A stretch of DNA of 64,000 nucleotides. Source: Alphaproteobacteria bacterium. GTDB lineage: Bacteria > Pseudomonadota > Alphaproteobacteria > CAISOG01. Positions within the stretch are counted from its first letter, which is position 1. Each line of letters starts with the position of its first letter. The DNA is taken from the NCBI GenBank assembly GCA_044345375.1, contig JBIJBF010000002.1, forward strand, positions 46,619 through 110,618, written 5' to 3'. The translations under genes and the position numbers were made by a program. The notes under the pieces were generated by a model. The model was given only the letters and a program-made list of their open reading frames with translations, was not told where the DNA came from and did no database searches. Below, one piece after another: positions 29,284 to 38,170 of the stretch.

Positions 29284-30280
29284 ATCGCTGGGCTTTAAGT
29301 TGGCGCAGGGGCTGTTCACCCTGTTGTGTTTTTTTTGGATCTCCCAAAAAATTGACGGGCAGGTGTTGCGCCAGCAGCTGCACAGTTTGCATTGGGGGTG
29401 GGCAGCGGTTGGCATCATCAGTTTCTGGCTGCAGCTGCTGTTGTGGGCTTGGCGTTGGCGTATCATGCTGATCGCCGCCGCTGGTCAACAAAAAAACCTG
29501 TCACCAACCAACCGCCCCGCCCTGCTTAAGCTTTACGCCTATTACCACATTGGCGCGTTTTTTAATCAGGCGCTGCCTGGCAATATTTCCGGCGATGTCC
29601 TGCGCGGCCTGTATGTGCGGCCATGGGTTGGGGGATTGTCCCTGTCGATTGGGTTGGTGTTGGTGGAACGTTTGCTGGGGCTTGGTACGTTGTTGGGTTT
29701 GGCGGGGGTCAGCGCGTTTGGTCTGGCATCGCAACTGGACGCTCTGCCCGGCATGGGATGGTTGTTGGCGGTGCTGTGCGGCGGTTATCTGTTCGGGCTA
29801 TGGGTGGTGGCCAAACTGCCGCTGCCCAAGCTGCCTTTTGCGATTTGGGACAAGATTCGCGGCAAATTGCTGGACACCAGGGCGGTGTTGGTATCCACCC
29901 TGAAAAACCGTGCGCTGCTGCAAAAAATCTTGGCCATCTCCCTGATCGGACAACTGGTAACGGTGGTGACCATCGGCGCGAATGCGTGGGCGTTGGGGAT
30001 GACCCTGCCGCTAAGCAGTTTGTTGGTGGTGTGGCCGGTGACCAGCGTGTTGTTAACCCTGCCGATTTCCTTGGCTGGCTGGGGGCTGCGCGAGGGGGTG
30101 TTGGTGTTTTTCTTAACCCGTCAGGGCTTGTCGGTGGAGTCTGCCTTGGCGCTTTCCCTGCTGAACGGCGTGACCATCTTGCTGGCCAGCCTGCCTGGGG
30201 GGCTGCTGTGGTGGGCGATGCCCACCGCTAAACTGGCCTCAGACAAAAACTTGCAACACGCCGTTCCTGTTGTAGAGTAG
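29261..30280 (+). CDS. Flippase-like (LPG-synthase TM domain / UPF0104) membrane protein
   Basis: Polytopic membrane protein (WISQKIDGQVLRQQLHSLHWGWAAVGIISFWLQLLLWAWRWRIML...). It overlaps the upstream GT39 gene, so the start is uncertain. GTG 29261 was chosen. Confidence 0.55.
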   Translation: MALSKNLKSLGFKLAQGLFTLLCFFWISQKIDGQVLRQQLHSLHWGWAAVGIISFWLQLLLWAWRWRIMLIAAAGQQKNLSPTNRPALLKLYAYYHIGAFFNQALPGNISGDVLRGLYVRPWVGGLSLSIGLVLVERLLGLGTLLGLAGVSAFGLASQLDALPGMGWLLAVLCGGYLFGLWVVAKLPLPKLPFAIWDKIRGKLLDTRAVLVSTLKNRALLQKILAISLIGQLVTVVTIGANAWALGMTLPLSSLLVVWPVTSVLLTLPISLAGWGLREGVLVFFLTRQGLSVESALALSLLNGVTILLASLPGGLLWWAMPTAKLASDKNLQHAVPVVE

Positions 30281-30308
30281 GGCATAACATTGAACTTAGG
30301 ATGGTGAC

Positions 30309-31613
30309 ATGCATATCGATCGGATGCGACAAATTGACTACTGGATCGGCATGCCGTTGACATGGATTGCCAGCACCATCTACCGCATCAAAAAGCGTTT
30401 AACCGTGCCGGTGCCACTGCCCGATGCCGCGGCCGCCAAAAAGGTTTTGTTTATTGAGCTGTCGGAAATGGGCAGCACGGTGTTGGCCGATTCCGCCCTG
30501 CGGCGGGCGGGTGATTTGTACCCTGAGGCTGAGTTGTACTTTCTGATTTTCGCCAAAAACCGCGCCAGTCTGGATATCATGGGCACCATTCCGCGCGAAC
30601 GCCATCTGGTGATTCGCAACGACGGCCTGTTCCAATTGCTGTGGGACACGGTGGCGGTGTTGTGGCGGATTAACCAACTGAAAATCGACATCGTGATCGA
30701 TTTTGAAATGTTTTCGCGCTTTACCAGCCTGCTAAGCCTGTTCAGCGGCGCGCCAATTCGGGTGGGTTTTGACCGCTTTTATGGGGAGGGGTTGTACAGG
30801 GGGCGGCATCTGACCCACCGCGTGCTTTACAACCCCTATCAGCATATCGCCAAAACCTTTTTGAGTTTGGTGCATGCGCCGCTTGAGGATCCGGCCAATG
30901 TGCCGCTGACCAAGCGGGCGTTTACCGATGCGGAAATTGCGCTGATCCCGCAAACGGTTGAGGGAGAGGCGTTGGCCGACATGCGCCACCGCCTGCTAAC
31001 CGCCTTTCCGCAATTGGCGGATTATCCCCGTTGGCTGCTGCTGAACCCCAATGCCAGTGAGCTGATGCCCCTGCGCCGTTGGCCAGCGGATCAATACGCC
31101 GAATTGGCCACCAACCTGCTGGCCGACTATCCCGATGCAGCGCTGCTAATCACCGGTGCGCCGGGTGAGCGGTTGGAGGCTGAGGCGTTGGCCAACCGAC
31201 TGAACCAAAATGCAGCCGAATCAGCCCCCAATCGGGTGATCAGCATTGCCGGCTTTACCAAATTGGCTGAGCTGCCCGCCCTGTACACACTGGCCAGCCT
31301 GATGGTGACCAACGACAGCGGCCCATCGCATTTTGCCGCGCCGTTCCATTTGCCCTCGGTCGTGCTGTATGGCCCCGAAACCAAGGCGCTGTATGGGGCG
31401 CTGAACCCCAACGCCATCCTGTTGTTCAAGGGCTTGGCCTGCTCCCCCTGCGTGTCGCCCAGCAACCAACGCAAGTCGCCCTGCCAAGACAACCAATGCA
31501 TGAAGCAAATCACGGTTGCTGAGGTGTTGCAGGCGGTGCACACGTTGTTGCCTATAGACAAAAGTTCCGAAAAACCCAAAGCCCCCCCAAAAATCAAAGG
31601 AAAAGCATCATGA
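30309..31613 (+). CDS. Family 9 glycosyltransferase (LPS heptosyltransferase-like)
   Basis: GT9 architecture is present (KKVLFIELSEMGSTVLADSALRRAGDLYPEAELYFL...GPSHFAAPFHLPSVVLYGPETKALYGAL). It overlaps the downstream gene by 4 bp. Confidence 0.7.
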   Translation: MHIDRMRQIDYWIGMPLTWIASTIYRIKKRLTVPVPLPDAAAAKKVLFIELSEMGSTVLADSALRRAGDLYPEAELYFLIFAKNRASLDIMGTIPRERHLVIRNDGLFQLLWDTVAVLWRINQLKIDIVIDFEMFSRFTSLLSLFSGAPIRVGFDRFYGEGLYRGRHLTHRVLYNPYQHIAKTFLSLVHAPLEDPANVPLTKRAFTDAEIALIPQTVEGEALADMRHRLLTAFPQLADYPRWLLLNPNASELMPLRRWPADQYAELATNLLADYPDAALLITGAPGERLEAEALANRLNQNAAESAPNRVISIAGFTKLAELPALYTLASLMVTNDSGPSHFAAPFHLPSVVLYGPETKALYGALNPNAILLFKGLACSPCVSPSNQRKSPCQDNQCMKQITVAEVLQAVHTLLPIDKSSEKPKAPPKIKGKAS

Positions 31614-32722
31614 CCAATCTTTTCGACACCCTAACCGTTGGTGATCTCAACCTGCCCAACCGCGTGATCATGGCGCCGCTGACCCGTATGCGCAGCAGCC
31701 AGCCGGGCAATATCCCCAACGCCCTGAACGCCCGCTATTACGCCCAGCGTGCCAGCGCGGGGTTGATCGTGTCTGAGGCGACGCAGATCAGCCAGCAGGG
31801 CCAGGGCTATCCCGCCACCCCTGGCATCCATTCGGCTGAGCAGGTGGCCGGCTGGCGCCTGGTGACCGATGCGGTGCATCAGGCCAGCGGGCGTATATTT
31901 TTGCAGCTTTGGCATGTCGGGCGCATTTCCCACAGCTCGCACCAACCTGATGCGGGGTTGCCGGTGGCGCCCTCAGCCATCCAACCATCCGGCCTGACCT
32001 TTACCGCGGATTGGAAACAGGTGGCCTTTGAAACGCCGCGCGCGCTGGAAACCAACGAACTGGCTGGCATCGTCGCCGATTTTCGCAAGGGCGCAGAAAA
32101 CGCCAAGGCGGCCGGTTTTGATGGGGTTGAGGTGCACGGTGCCAACGGCTATCTGCTGGATCAGTTTTTGCAGGACGGCAGCAACCAGCGCAGCGATGCC
32201 TATGGCGGCAGCATTGAAAATCGGGCGCGCCTGTTGCTGGAGGCGGTGGACGCGGCGATTGCGGTGTGGGGCAGCGGGCGGGTGGGCGTTCGCCTGTCGC
32301 CCTATGGCAGCTTTAACGATATGCAAGACAGCGATCCAATCGCCCTGTTTACCCATGTGCTGGCGCAATTGTCGCTACGCGGCGTGGCCTATGTTCATCT
32401 GATTGAACCGCGCGCAACCGCGGCCGGCGGCAGTGACGCGGTGGCCAGCGATGCGCCCAACACCGCGCAATTGTTCCGCAAGGCCTTTGCCGGCGTGCTG
32501 ATCTCAGCCGGTGGCTATAACGCGCAAAACGCCGCGGCGGCGGTCAGCGATGGGCAGGTGGACGCGGTGGCCTTTGGCCGTTGGTTTATCTCCAACCCCG
32601 ATTTGGTGGAACGTCTGCAAAGCGGCGCTGAGCTGAACCGCTACAACCGCGCCACTTTTTATGGTGGGGGTGAGGTGGGCTATACCGATTATCCAACGCT
32701 GGCGAAACAGCAGGCGGCCTAA
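31610..32722 (+). CDS. NADH:flavin oxidoreductase, Old Yellow Enzyme family (N-ethylmaleimide reductase-like)
   Basis: LPNRVIMAPLTRMRS...LQLWHVGRISHS...GFDGVEVHGANGYLLDQFLQD...RVGVRLSPYG. These are canonical OYE motifs. Confidence 0.85.
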   Translation: MTNLFDTLTVGDLNLPNRVIMAPLTRMRSSQPGNIPNALNARYYAQRASAGLIVSEATQISQQGQGYPATPGIHSAEQVAGWRLVTDAVHQASGRIFLQLWHVGRISHSSHQPDAGLPVAPSAIQPSGLTFTADWKQVAFETPRALETNELAGIVADFRKGAENAKAAGFDGVEVHGANGYLLDQFLQDGSNQRSDAYGGSIENRARLLLEAVDAAIAVWGSGRVGVRLSPYGSFNDMQDSDPIALFTHVLAQLSLRGVAYVHLIEPRATAAGGSDAVASDAPNTAQLFRKAFAGVLISAGGYNAQNAAAAVSDGQVDAVAFGRWFISNPDLVERLQSGAELNRYNRATFYGGGEVGYTDYPTLAKQQAA

Positions 32723-32735
32723 CCCGATTCTTGGT

Positions 32736-34601
32736 TTATGCCCGCTCAAACAGCCGCTCCAGCTCATTCAGGCTTAGCTTGATATAGGTGGGGCGGCCGT
32801 GGTTGCATTGGCCGCTGTTGGGGGTTTGCTCCATCTGACGCAGCAGGGCGTTCATCTCATCCACCGTCAGGCGCTGCCCCGCCCGCACGCTGTGATGGCA
32901 GGCCAACGTGGCCAGGCGATGGTGGTGCCGTTCCGACAAGCCCAACTCCGCCTCCTCATGCAGCAACTCCTCGGCCAGATCGGTGATCAGCTTGGCCATA
33001 TCCGCATTGGCCAGGGCTGCCGGCACCTCACGCACCGTTACCGCGCTGTTGCCAAAGGCTTCGACCACCAGCCCCAATGCCAGCAGGGTGTCCTGCGCCG
33101 CCAACAACTGTTCACGAGCCGCCGCGGGTAAATCGACGATGGTGGGGATCAACAGCGCCTGCCGCTTAACCCCATGGCTGGCCAGCTGCGCCCGCAACTG
33201 CTCATACACCAGCCGTTCATGGGCGGCGTGTTGATCCACCAGCACCATGCCGTCCGCGGTTTGCGCGACAATATAGGTGTTGTGCAATTGGCCTTTCGCG
33301 TACCCTAGAGGATGGTCGGTTGCAGGGTTTGGGTGGTCTTCTTGTTGTTCTGCTGGGGCTGTGTCGGGCGTCACAACCCTGCTGGCCAGCGAGAAACTGG
33401 GCTGGGCAAAACCAGGCTGGCGCAGCGGTGTTGCGGTCAGCGGATAGCTTCTGGCGGGGCTGGCGATGGCGGCGCGACCAGACTGCAGCCGCCCCAAGCC
33501 CAAGGCGTAACGATTGCCCACCTCAGCCGCGGTTTGGATGATTGGCTGTTCCGCAAAACTGGTAACCCGAATGCTGTCCGCCGGCAGCGCCACCGCCTGT
33601 TGCCCACCGCCATCGGCCAGGGCGTTGCGGATGCCAACAATCAGCAGCCGCCGCACCTGATCCGCCTCGGCAAAGCGCACCTCGGTCTTGGCGGGGTGCA
33701 CGTTGATATCCACCAATTCCAGCGGCAGGCGCAGATCCAACAGCACGATCGGATGGCGGCGTGGCGGCATCACGTCGTGATAGGCGGCGCGCAGCACCGA
33801 CTGCAATTGCCGATCTTTAACCACCCGCCCGTTGACATACAGCCATTGCAGGCTGGCGGTGGCACGGTTAAAGCTGGGCACGCTGGCCCAACCGACGACA
33901 CCCATGGCGCCATGCTGCAGCTCAACTTGCAGCAAATTCTCGGCCACCGACGATCCCATCAGCGCCTGCATCCGCGAGGTGGGCGATTGATCGCTGGGCA
34001 GTTGCAGCAGCCATCGTCCATCCACCGCCAGGCGCAGGGCGACATGGGGGTTGGCCAGCGCCAACCGCCGCGCCCAATCCGCCACCTGTTCGCCCTCATA
34101 GGCGGGGGTGCGTTGGAATTTCAGCCGGGCTGGCGTGGCGTAGAACAAATCGCGCACCGTCACGGTGGTGCCCACCTCCCGCACCGCGGGCTGCGGCTCG
34201 CTGTTCAAGAACTCTCCCCCCGCCACCTCCAACAGCCAACCGTGATCGTCGCCTGCGGTGCGGCTAAGCAGGCTAAGGCGGCTGACCGCGGCAATCGCTG
34301 GCAGGGCCTCGCCACGAAAGCCATGGCTGGCGATGTGGGTCAGGTCATCGTCGGGCAGTTTTGAGGTGGCGTGGCGTTCAAGGGCTAACGGCAGGGCGTT
34401 TTGCCCCATGCCGCACCCGTTGTCGGCCACCTCAATCAGGCTTAGGCCGCCGCCCTCGATCCGAATGGTCAGCGCACTTGCCCCCGCATCCAACGCATTT
34501 TCTACCAATTCTTTCACCACCGCGGCCGGTCTTTCCACCACCTCACCCGCGGCGATTTGGTTAACCAAATGATTGGGCAAACGGCGTATACTGGGCAGCA
34601 T
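32736..34601 (-). CDS. mutL: DNA mismatch repair protein MutL
   Basis: The N-terminal GHKL ATPase is present (IRRLPNHLVNQIAAGEVVERPAAVVKELVENALDAGASALTIRIEGGGLSLIEVADNGCGM). The C-terminal dimerization domain is ...TPNSGQCNHGRPTYIKLSLNELERLFERA. The preferred start is 34601. The table gives 34790. Confidence 0.85.
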   Translation of the reverse strand: MLPSIRRLPNHLVNQIAAGEVVERPAAVVKELVENALDAGASALTIRIEGGGLSLIEVADNGCGMGQNALPLALERHATSKLPDDDLTHIASHGFRGEALPAIAAVSRLSLLSRTAGDDHGWLLEVAGGEFLNSEPQPAVREVGTTVTVRDLFYATPARLKFQRTPAYEGEQVADWARRLALANPHVALRLAVDGRWLLQLPSDQSPTSRMQALMGSSVAENLLQVELQHGAMGVVGWASVPSFNRATASLQWLYVNGRVVKDRQLQSVLRAAYHDVMPPRRHPIVLLDLRLPLELVDINVHPAKTEVRFAEADQVRRLLIVGIRNALADGGGQQAVALPADSIRVTSFAEQPIIQTAAEVGNRYALGLGRLQSGRAAIASPARSYPLTATPLRQPGFAQPSFSLASRVVTPDTAPAEQQEDHPNPATDHPLGYAKGQLHNTYIVAQTADGMVLVDQHAAHERLVYEQLRAQLASHGVKRQALLIPTIVDLPAAAREQLLAAQDTLLALGLVVEAFGNSAVTVREVPAALANADMAKLITDLAEELLHEEAELGLSERHHHRLATLACHHSVRAGQRLTVDEMNALLRQMEQTPNSGQCNHGRPTYIKLSLNELERLFERA

Positions 34602-34788
34602 GGCGTAACCAACGGTTAAGGGGAACATGGGGGGATGATAAAACAGAATTATCGTCAACAACCAGCAAAAAGGCGGCTTATCCGGCATCTCCGTTGGCGC
34701 AAAGCGGAAAGATTGCGTGCCAACCCGCTTAACGCTATGGATAATAGGTGCGCCGTTTTCTGTCGACGGTCTTTTCAGCGGAGGCTTC

Positions 34789-35829
34789 ATGCGCCTTAAA
34801 TCCTATCAGGCCGCCACCATGCGCGAGGCCTTGGCCCTGATTCGTCAGGAATTGGGGGATGACGCCATCATTTTGTCGTCCACCCGCGGCGATGGCGGGC
34901 GTGGGGTTAAGGTGACGGTGGCGGTGGAAACCCCAGATGCGCAGGAGATTGCGCCCAACGACAGCCGGGTGGGCAATGCCGCGGCGGAACTCAACCGATC
35001 CGAAATTCTGGATGTGTTGTCGCAGGTGTTGACCCGCCATGGGGTGCCTGAGGAGTTGAACGATCGGTTGTTGCGCAGCGCCGCCAGCCTGCCGATTCGC
35101 ATGCCGTTGCAGGGCTTGGCCGCCGCCTTGGATGCCAATTTCGGCTTTAACCCATTCCCGCTGAAACAGGTGATGAAACCGCTGTTTTTCGTAGGTCCGC
35201 CAGGGGTGGGCAAAACCGCCACCTTGGCCAAATTGGCGGCGCGCACGGTGCTTAGCGGGATGGAGCCGGTGATCGCCACCGCCGATACCATGCGGGCAGC
35301 AGCGGTTGCCCAATTGCAAACCTATACCAACGCCCTGCAATTGCCTTTGACGGTGATTGAAAGCCCCTCCGACCTGCGCCGGCTGCTGGCGGCGGCCAAA
35401 CCCCATCAAATTGTGTTGGTGGACAGCGGTGGGATTAACCCGTGGTTGGGGGAGGAGATTGTGCAGTTGCAACAGCTGCTTGATCAGGAGATGCCGATCG
35501 AACCGGTGTTGGTGCTGGCGGCAGGTGGCGATGCGCTGGAAATGGCTGAGGCGGCCGCCCATTTCCGCACCCATCTGCCGATCAGCCGTTTGCTGGTCAC
35601 CAAGCTGGATCTGGCCAGACGGCTGGGTGGGTTGCTGACCGCCGCCTTTAACGGCCGTTTGTATTTGGCCGACGTGGCGATGAGCCCGCAGGTGGCGGAT
35701 GGGCTGAACGCGCTTAGCCCCCTTACCCTAGCCCGCCTGTTGTTGGCCAGCTATCAGGATCCACGTGCCCCCTATCACCCACCCGCCAATGCGCCTGAGC
35801 CTTTGGTGGGCGCCAAAGTCTATAGTTAA
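34789..35829 (+). CDS. flhF: Flagellar biosynthesis GTPase FlhF
   Basis: SRP-type GTPase. G1 is FFVGPPGVGKTATLAKLA, and DTMRAAAVAQLQTY and VLVDSGG are present. It is followed by flhG. The preferred start is MRLKSYQ at 34789. Confidence 0.75.
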   Translation: MRLKSYQAATMREALALIRQELGDDAIILSSTRGDGGRGVKVTVAVETPDAQEIAPNDSRVGNAAAELNRSEILDVLSQVLTRHGVPEELNDRLLRSAASLPIRMPLQGLAAALDANFGFNPFPLKQVMKPLFFVGPPGVGKTATLAKLAARTVLSGMEPVIATADTMRAAAVAQLQTYTNALQLPLTVIESPSDLRRLLAAAKPHQIVLVDSGGINPWLGEEIVQLQQLLDQEMPIEPVLVLAAGGDALEMAEAAAHFRTHLPISRLLVTKLDLARRLGGLLTAAFNGRLYLADVAMSPQVADGLNALSPLTLARLLLASYQDPRAPYHPPANAPEPLVGAKVYS

Positions 35830-35865
35830 CCGATTCCCAACCCTTTTTGTGGTAAAGCTAGCAAG

Positions 35866-36678
35866 ATGATCAGCACCCCCCCGCTCCCTACACCAGCCTT
35901 ATCTTTGGTGACCCCCAAGATCGCCAACGGCATCGCCATCGCCTCAGGCAAGGGGGGGGTTGGCAAGACTTGGCTGTCGATCAGCTTGGCGCATGCCCTT
36001 AGCCAGTTAACCAGTATGCGCAGCGCAAGCCCCAAACCGATTTTGCTGTTCGATGGCGATTTGGGCTTGGCCAATATTGATATCCAATTGGGGCTGATGC
36101 CGACCAGGGATTTGGCGCAGGTGCTGGCCAATCAATTGCGGCTGGCTGAGGTGGTGCTGCAACCCAGCAACGCCCCGTTCAAGGTGATTGCGGGCCGCAG
36201 CGGTGCGGGCAATCTGGCCAATTTGCCGCCGGTGCGGCTGCACGGTTTGATCGCCGAATTGGCTGAGCTGGCGCCATCCTATGATCGCCTGCTGATCGAT
36301 TTGGGCGCTGGCATTGACCGCACGGTTAAAATGCTGACCAGCGCTTGCCAAACCTGCATCGTGGTCACCACCGCTGATCCCACCGCGCTGACCGACGCCT
36401 ATGCCTTTGTCAAACTCAGTTACGCGCAGGATCCAAATGTCGATTTGCGGGTGGTGGTGAACCAGGCCGGCACGGTGGCTGAGGGGCAAAAAACTTATGA
36501 GACTTTGGCCAAGGCCTGCACCAATTTTCTGCACCAGATGCCCCCCCTGCTGGGCATTGTGCGCACCGACAAAAAGGTGACGGAGTCGATTCGCGCCCAA
36601 ACCCCGCTGTTAACCCGTTCGCCCAACACCACGGCGGCTGAGGATGTGTTGGCGATTGCCCAAAAATTGTTGGGTTAA
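35866..36678 (+). CDS. flhG: MinD-like ATPase FlhG/FleN (flagellar number regulator)
   Basis: Deviant Walker A IAIASGKGGVGKTWLSISLA is present. It has a ParA/MinD fold and sits immediately after flhF. Confidence 0.75.
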   Translation: MISTPPLPTPALSLVTPKIANGIAIASGKGGVGKTWLSISLAHALSQLTSMRSASPKPILLFDGDLGLANIDIQLGLMPTRDLAQVLANQLRLAEVVLQPSNAPFKVIAGRSGAGNLANLPPVRLHGLIAELAELAPSYDRLLIDLGAGIDRTVKMLTSACQTCIVVTTADPTALTDAYAFVKLSYAQDPNVDLRVVVNQAGTVAEGQKTYETLAKACTNFLHQMPPLLGIVRTDKKVTESIRAQTPLLTRSPNTTAAEDVLAIAQKLLG

Positions 36679-37197
36679 ATGGCGGTTGTGGCGCTGATTG
36701 CCGCGGCTGCCGGCAAAAATCAGGTGATCGGCAGGGATGGCGCTATGCCCTGGCACCTGCCGGCGGATTTCAAATATTTCAAACGCATCACGCTGGGGCA
36801 TCCCGTGCTGATGGGGCGCGCCACCTACGACAGCATTTTGCAACAATTGGGCAAACCGCTGCCGCAACGGCGCAACCTGGTGCTGACCCGCGACCTTGAC
36901 TGGCAGGATGATCGGGTTGCGGTGTTTCATGATTTGGAGGCGGCGCTGGCCAGCGTGGGGGCAGACGACACCCTGTTTGTGATTGGCGGCGGCCAGCTGT
37001 ACCGCCAAACCCTTGGCTTGGCGCAGCATGTCTATCTCACCCATATTGATGCTGAGATTGCGGGCGACACCTTTTTCCCGCCTCTGGATCCCGCCCTGTG
37101 GCGCCAAAGCCAGTGCGAACATCTTGTGGATCAGGGGTTGCCGCTAAGATTTTGCCGCTATGACGCGGTTATTCCTCCAACGGCGGTGGTTGCATAA
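36679..37197 (+). CDS. folA: Dihydrofolate reductase
   Basis: 172 aa. VVALIAAAAGKNQVIGRDGAMPWHLPADFKYFKRITLGHPVLMGRATYDSI... is the classic DHFR signature. Confidence 0.85.
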   Translation: MAVVALIAAAAGKNQVIGRDGAMPWHLPADFKYFKRITLGHPVLMGRATYDSILQQLGKPLPQRRNLVLTRDLDWQDDRVAVFHDLEAALASVGADDTLFVIGGGQLYRQTLGLAQHVYLTHIDAEIAGDTFFPPLDPALWRQSQCEHLVDQGLPLRFCRYDAVIPPTAVVA

Positions 37198-37275
37198 ACT
37201 CTTTGGTTGCGGCCAGCCCGATCCATACGCTAAGATGGCCATACGGTAAGATGGCGGTAACGGAGCTGTGTTAGG

Positions 37276-38124
37276 ATGACCAAGATGAGAACAAATTTTG
37301 CCCAAAAAAAATCTGCTGCCGCTGTTAACCGCAGGGGTGGTTTTGCGCTGGGCATCATCTTTTTGGTGTTGGCGTTGATCGGCGGGATTTTGGGCGCGAT
37401 TGCTCTGCTGGGGGGCACCAGTCAAAACAACGCCGGCAGCGCGGATGAGCGGTTGATCACCAACGAAACCGTTTCGATGTTGGGCGGTGCGCAACGTGCC
37501 TATCTGGGTATGATGACAACCAACGGCTTGCGGGTGAATCAGGTGTTTGCCTATCGATCAGCGGGTGTAAGCAGCACCATTTTTAACCGACCAACCAATC
37601 TGTTGGGCCCGCGCGGCAGTTGGAGTTTGCCGCAACTGAATGTCAACGCCTATGCCGGCACGCCGGCCTGCAACCAGACGTCGTTTTTAAACGAAGCTAC
37701 CGGGGCAACCAACGGTTGCTTTTTGTATTTTACCAGGGTGTGGAGCAGCAATTATGGGGCAGGCCTAACGATCAGCAGCACTATTCCCGCTGCTGGCGAT
37801 ATCAGTCGAACCGCCACCTATATCGTTTACACACTGCCAATTGCCAACAAAATTGCCGCGCAAATCAACAACGCGCTGTGGGGATCAGGGCTGGGCGTTG
37901 CCCTTGATAACACCGCGACCTTAAGCGCCCTGCAAAAGCTGGGACCGCCCACCACTGATGGCGACACAACGATTGTGGTAACCCCTGATGCCGTGTTGGC
38001 GGGTGTAACGCCGGAAACCATCGCCCTCGCCAAGTTTCCCTTGGTCAACGGCGCGGTGCGTGCTGAGGGGATGTTGTTGAACGACGTTGGCAATATCTAT
38101 TTCAAGACTATTGCGGCGTATTAG
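37276..38124 (+). CDS. Hypothetical membrane-anchored Thr/Asn/Gly-rich protein (pilin-like N-terminus?)
   Basis: 282 aa. It has a basic N-terminal stretch followed by a hydrophobic helix (RRGGFALGIIFLVLALIGGILGAIALLGG), then a low-complexity T/N/G/A-rich extracytoplasmic region. Function unknown. Confidence 0.5.
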   Translation: MTKMRTNFAQKKSAAAVNRRGGFALGIIFLVLALIGGILGAIALLGGTSQNNAGSADERLITNETVSMLGGAQRAYLGMMTTNGLRVNQVFAYRSAGVSSTIFNRPTNLLGPRGSWSLPQLNVNAYAGTPACNQTSFLNEATGATNGCFLYFTRVWSSNYGAGLTISSTIPAAGDISRTATYIVYTLPIANKIAAQINNALWGSGLGVALDNTATLSALQKLGPPTTDGDTTIVVTPDAVLAGVTPETIALAKFPLVNGAVRAEGMLLNDVGNIYFKTIAAY

Positions 38125-38135
38125 GATCCGCTACT

Positions 38136-38152
38136 CCGAGGCCTAGGCCTCG
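38136..38152. terminator. Perfect GC hairpin CCGAGGCCTAGGCCTCG between convergent genes (putative bidirectional terminator)
   Basis: A 7-bp stem with a 2-nt loop lies between the stop of the 37276..38124 gene and the stop of purD. A second hairpin GAGGCGTTAAGCCTC follows at 38165..38179. Confidence 0.45.
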
Positions 38153-38170
38153 TGATAACCCCCAGAGGCG

